Assembly: GCA_000165425.1 (NCBI GenBank)
Contig: CT868665.1
Span: 248,001 to 312,000, forward strand
DNA from: Paramecium tetraurelia
Lineage: Eukaryota
DNA length: 64,000 nt
Direction: 5' to 3'
Below the pieces are notes generated by a model that did no database searches, was not told the origin of the DNA, and saw only the letters and a program-made list of their open reading frames with translations. Positions 1-13,438 of this stretch are shown in pieces. The translations under genes and the position numbers were made by a program. Position 1 is the first letter of the stretch. Each line of letters starts with the position of its first letter.

Positions 1-952
1 TTCACTATTTCCCCCTTCAAAGTATGAAATGTGATTTAATAGATTAGTTTTCCGAGACTACAAATATCCTTCTCTATATTCTTGTTATTATTCTCTTTAT
101 ATTTTGGAAATAGTAAAGTAATTTGAAGAGTTTATGAATCAATATTGACATAGATATTCGATAGACTGATGTTTCCATGATAGATGCCTTTGGCTTGATA
201 TTTTTGGATGGTTTGCAGGACCATGTAAATGATGGACACAAACGGCACTTCTTTAAAATCGAATCCATTCAATAAGAGCGATTCCAAAGATTATAATTTC
301 ATGTTTTCTCCTAGTATATAATATCTTGAAGCATCTTCACAAAGTCTAAAGACATTAGGCATCAATTAGAAAGCATGCATGATGGTTAATTGATTATGAA
401 ATGTCTGTAGTTCTTGAGGATCCTCAAGCAATTTCTTTTCGAATTTGATTGTTGAGAAATATTGATTATTTTTCTAATTTTATGTATATATTTTAATACT
501 TTATATGATTAGGAAAGAGGTAGACAATTTTGTTGTTCAATAAATCTGTACCTTCCACTGTAATTTTTGTGAACGCAAAACTTTTTCAGATAGATCTTCA
601 ATCTGAGACACTGTTGAGAATTTGAAGTGATTAGGAATTCTTTACCAGCAGTACTCTTGATAATAATGATATTAATTCCTTCGCTATATTTAGGCTTGCT
701 TAATTTCTACTCGAATTAGCATTTGCTCAATTCGATGAACTAATTCTCTATTATCAGAGTGTTGAATGATATCACTATTTCCTTTTGGATAAATTCCTTT
801 GATTTTTGGACATAGATTATGACTTATTCTTTAAGTAATTCCTTGACACATAATTTCTCAGCCAATGTTCCCTCCAATTTCTAAAATAAACTCTTGGAAT
901 CGTGCATTTTATACTCATCTATCAACTAAGAATAGTGCTATTAAATTTACAT
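1..952 (-). CDS. Pseudokinase (kinase fold with degenerate catalytic motifs); 3' end lies beyond the window start, 5' end approximate
   Basis: Code-6 translation gives ...VFRLCEDASRYYILGENM...IIYMVLQTIQKYQAKGIYHGNISLSNIYV...ITLLFP...KDICSLGKLIY. Kinase subdomain spacing is present, but HRD reads HGN and no DFG is seen. Probable 25-nt intron near 474-498. Confidence 0.6.
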
Positions 953-1850
953 AATATTAAATAATTTGATATTTCCATCTTTCAATTTATGCACCAAAAG
1001 AAACGAATATTTTGGTAATTGTATATCATATTGATCGTGGTAATTCTACGTTTTTGAATTCTTACGACCTTTCCTCAGAATTATGCTATAGAAATGGACA
1101 AACAAATTTATTAAGCACTCAATTATATAAGTTAGTATTCATAACTCAAATTACTTATATATTTTTGCAGTAAGCCTTAAAGAAACCTTCTTTTATAATG
1201 AAAAACATTTTTTGTCATAGAATGTTAATTAACAAAACTGCCTACTTTAGTGTCTTGATCTTATACAATGAAGGAACTATGGAAGATTAGAAGAACTAAT
1301 TACTAATTTGAATTAATAAATTATATAGTTATATTTATTATGTAGAATTTAAAAGTTTTATAAAATCGTGATTTATTATTATAATAATACTATTATTAAC
1401 TCTATCTCATACATATCAGTCTTCTTGAAAATTAATAATTGTATCTGATTCCTCATGCTAAATCTTTTAAACATTCAAAGATGATTTATGTTATCTATTT
1501 TTAGAATCACACATATAAAAATTGGGATTTTGCTCTATTTTTATACTAAAGACTATTCTGTTTAACAATCCTAACCGTTCTAAATTAGAATTGCATTCAA
1601 AAACTATCATTTAATGTTAAAGTGTTTCCAATATTCATGGAACTCATATTTTATTAATACATAACTATAATTCAATTATATTTAATCATATAATAACTCT
1701 ATTATATGATTAAATAACTCTATTTAATTTTAAATATATTTTAATCATTCTATTTGATTAGATAGATTCTGTTTAAATGCGTTCTCTAAAATTTATTTTT
1801 ATTAATTATAATCAAAAATGAGCCAAAATCCAGAAAATTTCTTCTAACGC

Positions 1851-2749
1851 ATGTATTCCAAAGCTGGAAAATCAAGTGCTCAAATATTTGCTCATCTGTT
1901 GGGAAAAACAATCAAATCTTATTCAGCATCAAAATCATTAGATTCCTAATTTATAACTAATACACCTAATAAAAGATCTAAAAAGCCGTTAAAATAATAA
2001 CCCTTTAGCCAGGGTTTATCCAGAGAATATCTGCATAAATTATAGAGTTAAGGAAAACCTAATTTACCAATTGGAATTTATAATCCAAAATATTCTGCTG
2101 TTTAGAAGTAAAAATTAAATCTAATAAGGAAGTCTGATTTAGGTGGTAAATTTGCAGTTGAACACAAGATTACTATAAAGCAAGGGAGTGATTCTTAGGC
2201 TTCTAGTGAATTGAGAAATCTAAAATCTAGAAGAACAAAGGGATAATCGGATCTCAGGAGGTAGGCAACTAGATAGCAATATGATGGGTAACAAAATTGT
2301 TTATCGAATACAATCTTGAATGAGTTTTTATCAATTAATACAAATTCAATTAGAGGGTATAATTTTATTCTATCAAATTTAACAGATCTCAAAGTGCACA
2401 TCTTAAAGGATCTGGCTATTCATTTAATTATAACAAAAATAATTTTTTTAAAACTCTTTGTGATACTGATTGTGAAGTTGGAAAGCGAAAGAGGAATTGT
2501 TTTTGGGCTACTATTGAAAAATAGACAGTCAGGGATTGCTTTATGAATAAATCAGTTTGTTTAAGAGATTAATCAATATATCAATATGATCAATTTTCAA
2601 ATTCAAATTCAATTATTAGTCCAATAACTACGAAAATATTTAATGATATCAACAAGGTATTTGGAAGGACACTTAGTCTTAAAAGAAAAGCAATTACGAT
2701 AACAACGAATAATTACAAAATAATAGATCTAATCCATGATGATGGATGA
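1851..2749 (+). CDS. Hypothetical protein (ciliate-type PIGIYNPKY motif)
   Basis: Open in code 6 from ATG 1851 (MYSKAGKSSAQIFAHLLGK...). Probable short intron from 2108 (gtaaaaattaaatctaataag). Ends in TGA at 2747-2749. Confidence 0.5.
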
Positions 2750-3033
2750 AGATAAGATAATATTATATAATGATTATAAATGCAGTTAGAGGCTAAAATT
2801 CAATTTATTAATATTAAATTATTATCACATAATATATTATTTAAACTTCCATTATCTTAATTTTGATTAAACTAAACTATAATTTATGCAAATAAAAGGG
2901 AATGTACTTCATAAAGTCTATATATAATAATATGATTATAATAATAATCAAATATATCATTTTGGTTGTTAATATCTAAAATGTTATTTTTTGAATGAAA
3001 TTAATAATGTTACAATTATGAGTATAAAAATAT

Positions 3034-4245
3034 TCAATCCTATAATTTTTCTGAACTTTATTAGTCTAAAGGTTCTTCATTTTACTATTCAAAATCAATA
3101 GTTTGAATATTTTGATGATTCTATTGAGGACTATTAGATTCCTGGTTCAGTTGCTCTTAGTTTTCTTCTGCATTGGCCATCAAGTTATTGGCTTCATTTT
3201 ACTATTGTAAATCTTATTCTTGCTCATTATTCTGATTTTCGTCTTAGTCTTTGCTTTACAGATTATCGGTTGCCACAATTTCCGGATTTTCTTATGGGAT
3301 TGGTTAGTCTTGATGATTTTGATCATCAGCAACTTAAATTTGTTCTTTTTTAACTTCTTATTCTTAGAGTTAAGGCTTTTCAATGATCTCATTAACTATT
3401 TTGCTCACTTTGTCTTGATAGGGCTCGTAAGGTTAGAAATCAGATTCAAAGAGACTTCTAGTTGTATGATAATATGGTTATACTACCTTTGCTAATTTTC
3501 TTAATTGGTCAAGAGCTATCTGGAATCTGTATTGTTGTTGTCTTGCCTGGCTCTTTATCTGAATAGATTAATAATAGTGGATACTTATTTTATTGGCTTT
3601 TGATTTCTAAGGGATCTAATTTCTTGTTGTTAAGATTATCTCTTTCTATAAATATAACTTCTGAATTGTTACTTTATAATTAGGACTCGCTAATTCTTGA
3701 GTTGGTCCAATATTGTACTAGAGTTTTGGTGGGTTTGAAATCCTTATAGGGATATTCGGATATATTGGAGATATATTTTTCAACCCATTTTCGCTCTTGA
3801 TTCCAATCCTTAACATTGTATTGTGATTTCTAATCTTAGATTCTCTTCAAGAGTTGCTAATTCTCCATGACGATCTTAATTAATTCTTTCTTCCTGTAAT
3901 CTTTGTTGAGTGACTTCTTTTGGGCAATACTCATGGTGGCAGATTTCTTAATTGCCAGAGTGGAGATGGAATTATCTAAATTAGTATGAAATGATGACTT
4001 GTTTATTATTGCATAATAGTGGTAAGTTTGGATATGAGATTTTAGTTTTCTCTGTCTATTTCTTATTGCTTCTGTGATTTGATGGCATCCTTGATCTTTT
4101 TGTTTTTGAGGAAATCATATTGTTTAGGTGCACTCGTATTGATTTATGGTCTCATAGTCAAGAGATGAGTATTAAGAATGACTTGGTTCTAGAATATTTC
4201 TTTTGTTGCACATATTTTATTGCCAATCGGGATGTTTCGATTCAT
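3034..4245 (-). CDS. CFAP97/KIAA1430 (Hemingway)-family ciliary coiled-coil protein
   Basis: 1212 nt (404 codons) ATG to TGA. MNRNIPIGNKICATKE...INTSAP...QEIDRENQNLISKLTTI...ELIKIVMENQQLLKRIQDQKSQYNVKDW matches the family's E-I-x-R-E-N-x-x-L repeats. Confidence 0.65.
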
Positions 4246-4288
4246 TTAATAATATTTATATCATTCTCATAAAGTTCTTATAAATAAA

Positions 4289-7200
4289 TCATGATTTTCC
4301 ATATAATTCTTGGTACACCCTCTCCTCTAGCAAATACTTCATAATTTTCTATTAAATAGCCACCAAATCATACCTTGACTCTGTCATAACTGTAGAACTT
4401 GTTCAGAAAAGAGAACATGGCAAATTGCACCATTAAGGAATAGACTACGTAATTCAAGACGAAGCTAGTCAAATAGGCCAACGCCCAATATTGCGACTCT
4501 TGAATTGACTTATAGTTAGCCAAGCTTCCCAACAGGATAAAGTAGAAAAACGAAATAGCAAATAATATCAATGTCAAGCCTATGATCTTTAAGATCTGGA
4601 CTTTATTGTGAATAAGGAATGAAAATATCTTACAAAAAATTAACCCAAATAGTGATTGCAATATAGACAGTGCTAGAATTGTGTTTAGACTTATAATCTA
4701 AATTTAAATTCAATTAATTTACTTCTCCAAAAAATGTCAATATGCAAATCTCACCAATGATTGACATATAAACAATGATGGTTCTGTAGACTCGGGACTG
4801 CTACTCATTATAAAGATAATAGAGACTCATCAACACATGATTGATCTAAAAATACTATTAAAATCTACTTTGAAATAAAGGAAGAATCCTTAATGAAATT
4901 TCACTTATGAGTTATGAATTGAGTTGAAGATTGAATCCTCCCTTTTTGGAGAATTCTGATCCTTTTGTTCATCCAAAATTGGAGTCCCTGAGAGTTGATT
5001 GCCTTCTGTTTCTTCGATTGCTTTTCCAGACCGTCCGTTTGAATCGAGTGCCATACTACGCTTACTAGAAAGTGCTGAATCAATTTATCGGTTTTAATTA
5101 TCTTCTGAAGGTTGCTTGTCATTTTACATCTTGATGCTATTTCTTTTGCTATGTTGATTATTTAGTTTCATTTATTGTCTTCCTGCCTACTGTTCCAATT
5201 AAGCCAGTTCATCAATACTGCCAGCTCTTTCCTTTTCTGGGAATTCATCCCAAGATTGTGGCATAACTTTGGCTGATAAGAACGATCCAGAATTAAGTTA
5301 ATTTTAATCTAATCTATGTCCTATATAGAGAGATAATAAGAAGATTATAGTGAACAAGATTAATATGTACAAGAACAGCATCTACTCATAAGGACATTGA
5401 TTTATTTTGTTAATTGTATCTGCAGAAAAGAAGGAAGCCAATTGACCTGCTAATTATTGCACTGCGTCAATCAGAGTAATGATTGATATCTTCTAACATT
5501 CACAGATCATTTTCGAAGCTTCTTAACTAGTAGTGCAGGCATCTAAACTCCATGAATCCTCTATTTTCATAACACATTCATAAAATTTGTTGTCATTCTC
5601 AGGCTTAGGAAATTCATAAGTTAAAGTTGTCATTGAATCCGTAAGTTGAGTTTAGTTTTCTTCAAAAGTAACCTTTGGATCATACAGCATGGCATTAGTT
5701 TGATTTTTGTTGATCTCCATGAAGTCCGAATCATATAGATACGGATTAGAGGCATACTTGATGAACTTATACTCAAAACGAGCTGATTTGTTTTCTGATG
5801 AATAATCTGTCTCTTCGTCACTTACTTGTTACTTCTAGGATGTCAATACATTCCCTAATGCTGATTGTAATAATTTGGAAGTGACTCTCTAAGTAGATAT
5901 GTTAAACCAATTAGTCTAAATTGATAACTTCTTACTGTTGATCATCTATTAACTCAATTGTATCTTTGTAATTACATTAAGTGAATCTACGATTTGCTAA
6001 TTGTTTATTTTAATTTAGTCTTAATTTTCAATTAATTGTCTTCTGAATTTACTTGATATCTAATTCTTATTGAACAACTCTGCTATATATTAAGCATATC
6101 CTAACATCTCTTCATGCAGAAACACATTTGAAAATAGTTATTTGGATCTGTCGAAACTATTTTCCATTAGACTAGTTTATTATTTGAGTAATTATTCTAT
6201 TTCATTAAGTCTGGATTTTGAACTATTCAATTCCGAATTAATTTACTGATAAGACACAGATTAACTCTATTGTACCAGTAACTTTTTGAGGAATAATTAC
6301 TAATTCACATCGTATTCACAATTACACTGACTTTATTGTAGAGTGTTCTAGAAGGCTTTATCAGTTACTAATTGAGGTGCTGATTGATTGTTATTTTCAG
6401 AATTCAACATTAATAAAATTGAAGATTTTAAGTCTGGCTGAGTAGACATCATTGTTTAAACTTACTCTGACTAAGTAGATGTAACATTCACAACCAGAGT
6501 ATAGTTACTGACCCCATTTAATGTATCCTTCACTTAGACAACCAAATATGTTTAACCCTTCCCAACTAACTTTGTTTTGTAGACAGGATCATATTGGTAT
6601 GGATTCAGCACCACGCCTTTATACAATTATCCAATAGAGTAATCGTAATTTAAATCAGATTGAGTCTAGTACAATAGTATTCTGTACTATAGGGATTGAT
6701 TAATATCAATACATTTCTTGGTGGATATTGTGAAATCTGTCAATAATGATTCCCCTGATGTGGGTTCAATGCCAACTATGCATTATTTGGGAGGCAAATT
6801 GAGGTAGATATTCATAATTATTGTGGATGGTTAAAAGTAATTAGGATTGTGAATAGAGATTTTCAAAGTTAATTTCTCTGACAATTCCTCTAATTTCAAG
6901 TAATCCCAGATTTGCAATTTCAACTCCAAATAATCAAAACTAAATTGAGCTATAACTCTTTCATTTGTATACAACAATCCTATGTATTACAAAGTATCTG
7001 GATTTACATTCAAATCCATGAATTTCAGTTTGATGTTTATCTGATCATAGAAATTGATAAATCCAGAATAGATATCTGGAGTCGTCTCAAAATCAACTTT
7101 GGGCACATCTGTCTCAACTATCTATAATTATATCTGCTCCTTCATACTTTTATAAACCACAGATATAATGATGGTCTGAAATGGGTTAAAGGTATCTGCA

Positions 7201-10200
7201 GGAATATTGATACTTCCATCATACCCTAAATTCAACATTTGATTATTCCTCATGCATAATTCATTCTCAAGAACATCAAAGCATTCCCAGATAAATCTTT
7301 CATTTCCTTAGCCGTTTGTTACATAAGCCTATAGATTGATCGATTGTCTATAATTAAAGGAAGTGCTTGTTGATTTTAATACCAGTCTTTAGATGTTATC
7401 AACCACTTTTAAATTAATTGACTACTCATTCACTAACTTATCTTAAAAGAGCGTTTTGATGTTTAGACTATACACTCCTATTTTTAAAGATTATGGTTTG
7501 AGAGCAAATATGTAGTATTACCCAATCAAATTGTCTTATTGATATAATTGGCCATCAATTGAAATTAGATAGTTGACTCTATCGTAATTCGAAAATATTG
7601 GGCTTGGACAATAATATGAAATTAGTGATATTTAAATTTCTTAGGAGATCTAATATGGAGTTTATTAGAAAGCTATTTCAGTTGTGATTTTGCCAAACTC
7701 TTGGACAACCACCAATTGTGATGAATATACTTAATTCACTACATTAGCATATTGCAATTCAATTATGATTTCATTCTCCTCATCTAGTATATTCCCTGGG
7801 AATTCAAAATATTAAGTTATTGGATTTGCTTAGATCTACTAATTTAAGAATTTCATAAAGTTATCCAATTTAGGATCCCATTATTTCTTCTATATCAGAA
7901 ACCATGATAACAACTGGATATTATCCTGATTCAGAAATGAAAGTAAGAGATTCTATTTTTGACAGCGAGATAGGTAAATCTTACTTTAAACAAACTGCAG
8001 CTTATCTTTTGGCTAATTAGCCTATCCCAAAATGTTCAACTCATTATTATAAAAAGTCTGTATAACACTTGGGCATTTTTCAAATTAAATAATATTTGGA
8101 TAAAATACTATTAGATCTCCTTATTTTAGACTAGCTTTAGGTCCCATCTTCACTTAAATCTTGTTCTCATCCTTAAAACACAAAGGATTCTCACCTAATA
8201 ATTCAATAGTTTATTGCTGAAAAATATGGTTGCAGTTAGTATACAAATCTTTGATATTCCACTTGAAATTGATAATTAAGATAGTCAAATCATAATTCAA
8301 TGAGATGCTTAGACTAGCAATTGTGCAAGCTTGAATTATATACATAAATAACTTACTTGTACACCAAATAGAATTCTCAATCTCAACTGAATTATTTGGA
8401 CAAGAGCAGTCAGGGAGTGAAATCCTATTTCCAGAACAAGAAGTACATTTATCGGCATATTAAGTACAAGTCTTACATTATGAACTACACTTATAACATA
8501 CATTGGTTGCACTTTCGTAATATCCTTTTTAAAGGTAATAATGAAATAAGTACCATCTTAACATTAACATGTAGGAGGATTCACGAATCCATTTGCACAA
8601 TAGACACACACATTAAAGGATGAACATGTGTTACAGTTGTATTAACATTTCAAGCACATTGCATCATCATAATAGTATCCATTTTCACAAGATTTACAAA
8701 AAGGGAGTTAAATTAAATGGGATCCAATCTTACATTAATTACAAGTAAGACCATCTATGCAATTCTGGCATTCTGCTTTGCATTTTAGACATTCCGCCTT
8801 GTTATCTTCATAATAACCTTCTAAACAACTGCAGTCTGAATTCCTATTATAAGTTATGTCACAAATTGCACATTTTTTGTTTATTAATTAAAAACCTAAA
8901 ACACATAATGAACATTCAGTTTCAGCACATTAAGCACAATTAAAATCACAATAATCAATTAATATATGCAAATCTGTGATTCCTACACTACTTTCAAAGG
9001 AAGACCGCATCGAATTTGAAACAAATCTAATATCTGCTGAGTTGGAAGTATGTGCAATATCTAATTCTATTTTTTCTATTTAATCAGGAAAGGAGCCATA
9101 GAATAAATTTGTAGCAGTGTTTTTGACCTTTTTTTCATAAACGATCGTCCCATCAACAATTATTTAAAATACATCATTTGACCATTTGTCTATGAACCAA
9201 ACCTCCAAATAAAGTCTAAGACGATTATGTGGATTTAAACTATAATACATTATACTGAAGTAACCCTCACTCCAAACTCCATATCCTCCCAAGAGTAATT
9301 TATCTTGATATATTGAATATTTCGAGCCAGTCCAAAAAGAGTATGAGAAGGATTGCGAAAATTCAAACCTGCTCACCTACTACTGATAGTTACTATCTAA
9401 ACTGTAAAAATAACTGCCTAAATATTCGGAGCCTTGAATTATATAATTATAATATACCATATTCTTTCATCTCTTTATAATCAATACACTTGGTTGTGCC
9501 ATCGAATTAACTATTGCTGGGACATTCCTTAACACATTTACCTAAATATAGAAGGTATCCTTCTTCACATTTATTGCAGGATTTAATTCCACAAATTTAA
9601 CAATTTAAAGAACATTCTAATATACATTAATTGTCAAGATTGGCAATATAGTATTTTGGGCATGATAACACACATTTGTTAGCATATTGGTAGAGTCCCG
9701 ATTAACAGTAACATTTACCGGAATTTATAGCGCCATATGGACAACTTAAACATTAATCGATTTTTGGCCCACTACAGGTTTTGCAACTGAAATCACACAA
9801 TGTTGGAATTATGACGAAATTCTTAATTGCGATCATCTAGCAGACTCCAATACCTCCGATATCACATGTAAATGACCCTTTTATTTCAATTAGGGGATTT
9901 CTTTTAGAATGAGACATAGTCTAATAAACCGTGATTAACTTTTATTAGGTAGCCACAGCACTTCATATATATTAAATTCATACTTTATTTTGTTTAACTT
10001 ACAGTATGTACTCGATGTTTTGAAGGTACTTGAAGATAGACCACTTTCAGAAAATATGTTGGTAGAGTCAATATCAATTTTGAGGTAAGATGAACCTTCC
10101 CATCTACCAGTGAATAATATATCAAAAGAAATCTATATCTCACTGTGGGCACCCAAGTCAGATAGTTATTTATGGAGATTTTTGTCGATTAAACCAAGAT

Positions 10201-10354
10201 ATGGACCGTTAAGATCATCACAAATGTGTTATGTTTCGAATACGGATTGATCGTCAGCTATCCAATTTTCTGGAATCCAAGGTTCTCCCTCTTAAAGTTC
10301 TGTGATTGTAGTAGATTTTGTCACTAAATTTAGTGAAAGGAAAAGTAAAAACAT
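4289..10354 (-). CDS. ~2005-aa polycystin-1-like receptor: signal peptide, furin-like Cys-rich repeats, REJ-like domain, GPS-like motif, multiple TM helices
   Basis: Starts MFLLFLSLNL. CxxxCxxC repeats at ~8400-9000 and ~9500-9800. REJ-like YLNLPPKQCIVGIEPTSGESLLTDFTI. GPS-like CVMKIEDSWSLDACTT...ICECQKIS at ~5490-5580. Hydrophobic helices at ~5330-5390 and 4370-4840. Removing introns 9961-9983 (23 nt) and 4698-4722 (25 nt) gives 2006 codons. Confidence 0.75.
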
Positions 10355-10726
10355 CTCGAGTTTATATAATAATTCTTAGGCATTATACAGATGACTTTAA
10401 ATAATTTATGTCTATCATATTTCATCAGATGTTAATCGTCATTTAATAAATCTTCTAGATTATTTCATTGTTTTATTTAATGTTGATAAGATGCACAATT
10501 ATAATATAATATTTAATAAGCTTTAATTAATAAGAACAAAGGTTTATGATATAAAATAGTAATTAGAGATTTAAAGCTAAATATTTGGTTTCTCAGAATT
10601 GGTCTTGTTATACACTTTTGGTATTTTATTATAAATAATAATATGATCAAAAAATATACATTAACATTTAATTCATCTGAACTTGAATAATCTTTCAAGC
10701 TATGGGTAATTGATTAAAATCAAATC

Positions 10727-12693
10727 ATGTATGAAATTACATTGTCCACCCTCTCAATATACCTGATTCTCAACCTCATCAACTACGCCTCAAACATTAT
10801 TTATTTGATCACCACATCAGTGACTCTCTGCCTAGAATTGACGATGCTTTTCTTTTTCAGAAGATACCCTATGCAAAGAGAGAACATCAAAAGTTTAAAT
10901 TTGATAGTTATTAACATACTAATAGACATTTATATATGGCTAAACTTTGCCTAAAACTTATATTTAGAAGTCGGAGCAGTTAGATTATGTAAACCCCTAT
11001 TTCTTATTATTCCCAAGGTCTCTATCTGCAAGGCAACAAATTTACTACTCAATCCTTTATATTTCTCTTCAGTTAGGCGGCTGAGATGTCGATCCTCCAA
11101 TCCCAAATGATACCACTCATCACCTATAGTCTATTTTGTCTTTTCTTTATATTCCTTCGTTATCAGACCGAAATGAAGCGTCGTCAACATTACTTAGCTT
11201 TCAGATCCTAAATCCTATATGAGAATTTAATAGAAGAACAATTGCCAGCATGGGTTGTGTTGGTCAAATACGACAGTAAGTAAGCTTAGTTGAAAATGGA
11301 CAAAATAAATAGGGTTATGAAAGACACATTTAACTTGAATTCAGATCAGAAATTTAGAGAATTCTTAAGAGATTCCAACATTTAACCGCTAGATGGCATT
11401 AACCAAAAGGCATTTAATTTTGAAGATGTTCTAATTAAAGATTTACTCCAAAAACAACAAAATGATAAGATTACTAAATTTGTAGGTAGATTCATAAACA
11501 ATGATAAAAAGTGGTAGTTCCAAATCACAAAAATCTATTTTAATACTCTGGAACCTACAATATTATTGTTGTTTATAGAGGAAGGTGGTGACTTATTTGA
11601 TTTTTTTACTCATCAATTGAAATGGAGAGATTAATAACTTGTTAATCATAGCAAAATGTGTTTAAATTATATCAAAGATTAGATTAATCTTCTTAAATAC
11701 TTCAAACAATCAGCTAATGCCTAATAATTATATTATATCAATAATTAAATCAGTAATAGTTACATTATTTTCAATCAGAGTTTAAATATTTTGAACATCA
11801 CCAAAATCATATATAATAAATTAAAATATAACATCAACTAATTCAATTTATTGGAATTAATAAATTAATTAAAAGAGGATTTAAAATTCTCAAACAAATA
11901 ATTATTATTCGATCTACAATTGAAAACTGACAGATCCAAAATGATCTCTGTTATACTAAGTATCTCAGAATTCATTAGATTAATGCTAGCAATCAACACA
12001 AATGATGAAAAACAACTTTATGAAATTCATCCATTGGGTTACCCTATTTAAATCAAATTTAAAAGAATTCATTCTAACCCAGGATGTCTTTTAATTACTA
12101 TGAAACACCAACTCTTAAATATTCCTGCCCCGATCCAAGAGGCTTTGTAAAAAGCAGCATCTTTTTCTGATCATAAAAAACGAAACTGGGGTGTAAACCA
12201 TTATTACGAAAACATATAAAATTTAAGCGATCAATTTCACAAAATCAACGTTACTACTCAAAAAGTTACCTAAAGTTAAATGCCTTATCTGGAATTAGAT
12301 CAAAATTTATAACAACAACAATAGAAGATAGGAGTCTATTTGGATGGAAGTACTGAGCCTTTCAGTACTTTAGGTCTTCCATTGGCTTAATATTTAATTT
12401 CATAAATTGGTCCTAATAATCAAATAGAATTTAAAGACAAAAAATTAAAACATGTTCCTGACCCACTTTCCTTTCGAAATGCTACAACCAAAACAAAAAT
12501 ATAGTTTAAAGTATATGAGGACTTAAATTAATTTATCATCCAACTAAATGAATAGGATCCCAATCCTTATTTGGACTTTTTCATTTACAATAACAGTTAG
12601 AAATCAGGCTTCAAAACATATTGCAGCATGTCTCCCCAACATGCTCGAAGAAGTGGTATGACAACCTTATTGATTAGTGGAAAAATTAATTGA
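10727..12693 (+). CDS. Multi-TM, degenerate histidine-kinase-like protein
   Basis: N-terminal hydrophobic helices. A 29-nt intron (10989-11017) restores the frame, giving 646 codons. Remnant HATPase_c-like segments LKTDRSKMISVILSI and LGLPLAQYLISQIGP. Ends in TGA at 12691-12693. Confidence 0.55.
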
Positions 12694-13055
12694 CCCCAAC
12701 TATATTCCATCATATTTGTATTAAAATTTATTTAACATAACTTTAACTTCTGATTACAAATACTCAATTCTTTATATATTAATTAAATATAACTCTTATT
12801 ATGGATATTAATATCTATTATTATTAATATTTAAGAATTCCTATGCATCCAACAAATAAACATTTTGGAATATCTTTAAATATAATATCAAAATTAAAAA
12901 AACTAAACTTTTTATAAACTAAACATAGAGTTTAATTAGCTTATTTATCATATAATTACTTTAAAAAATTTTCCTTAATTTTCTTCTTAAAATAATAGGG
13001 GATTGGAATCGAAGTGGTAATTTTTAGTTATTTTCATAACATGAATGAAACTAAA

Positions 13056-13360
13056 TCAATAAGGCGCAGAAAAGCCTTATGGAGGCAATCCAGTGTTTGG
13101 ATCAGTTCCTTTAGGCCTTCTGAATAATAATATATGTGGTTCTGGTCTATGGCATTCGTAGTGAACCCACCCTCTAGATTACTAAACACCTAAGCCTCTC
13201 CATTCCATCTCATTCAATAATTTACCTGAATGTATTGTTTAATTTTAATACCTTTTGTCAATTTTTTGAATACATGTTTAGGTAAAATGACATGTCTATA
13301 TTCATAGAACTCGTCTTGATATTTGTCTGAATACTCAATGTCTTCTGGGTAATGCGGCAT
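13056..13360 (-). CDS. CKS1: Cyclin-dependent kinase regulatory subunit (Cks1/Suc1)
   Basis: [28 protein letters not shown]...[31 protein letters not shown]. 26-nt intron 13226-13251. 92 aa. Confidence 0.97.
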
Positions 13361-13438
13361 AAAAATAGTAGTTAATTAATTAAATTTAAAATTATTTTTA
13401 AGGCTTTATATTTTGTTTTATATACTATATTTAATAAA

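Noticed and set aside
960..1700. Possible gene between the pseudokinase and the gene at 1851
   Set aside because: There are open stretches on both strands, but no consistent ATG-to-TGA model or recognisable motif.
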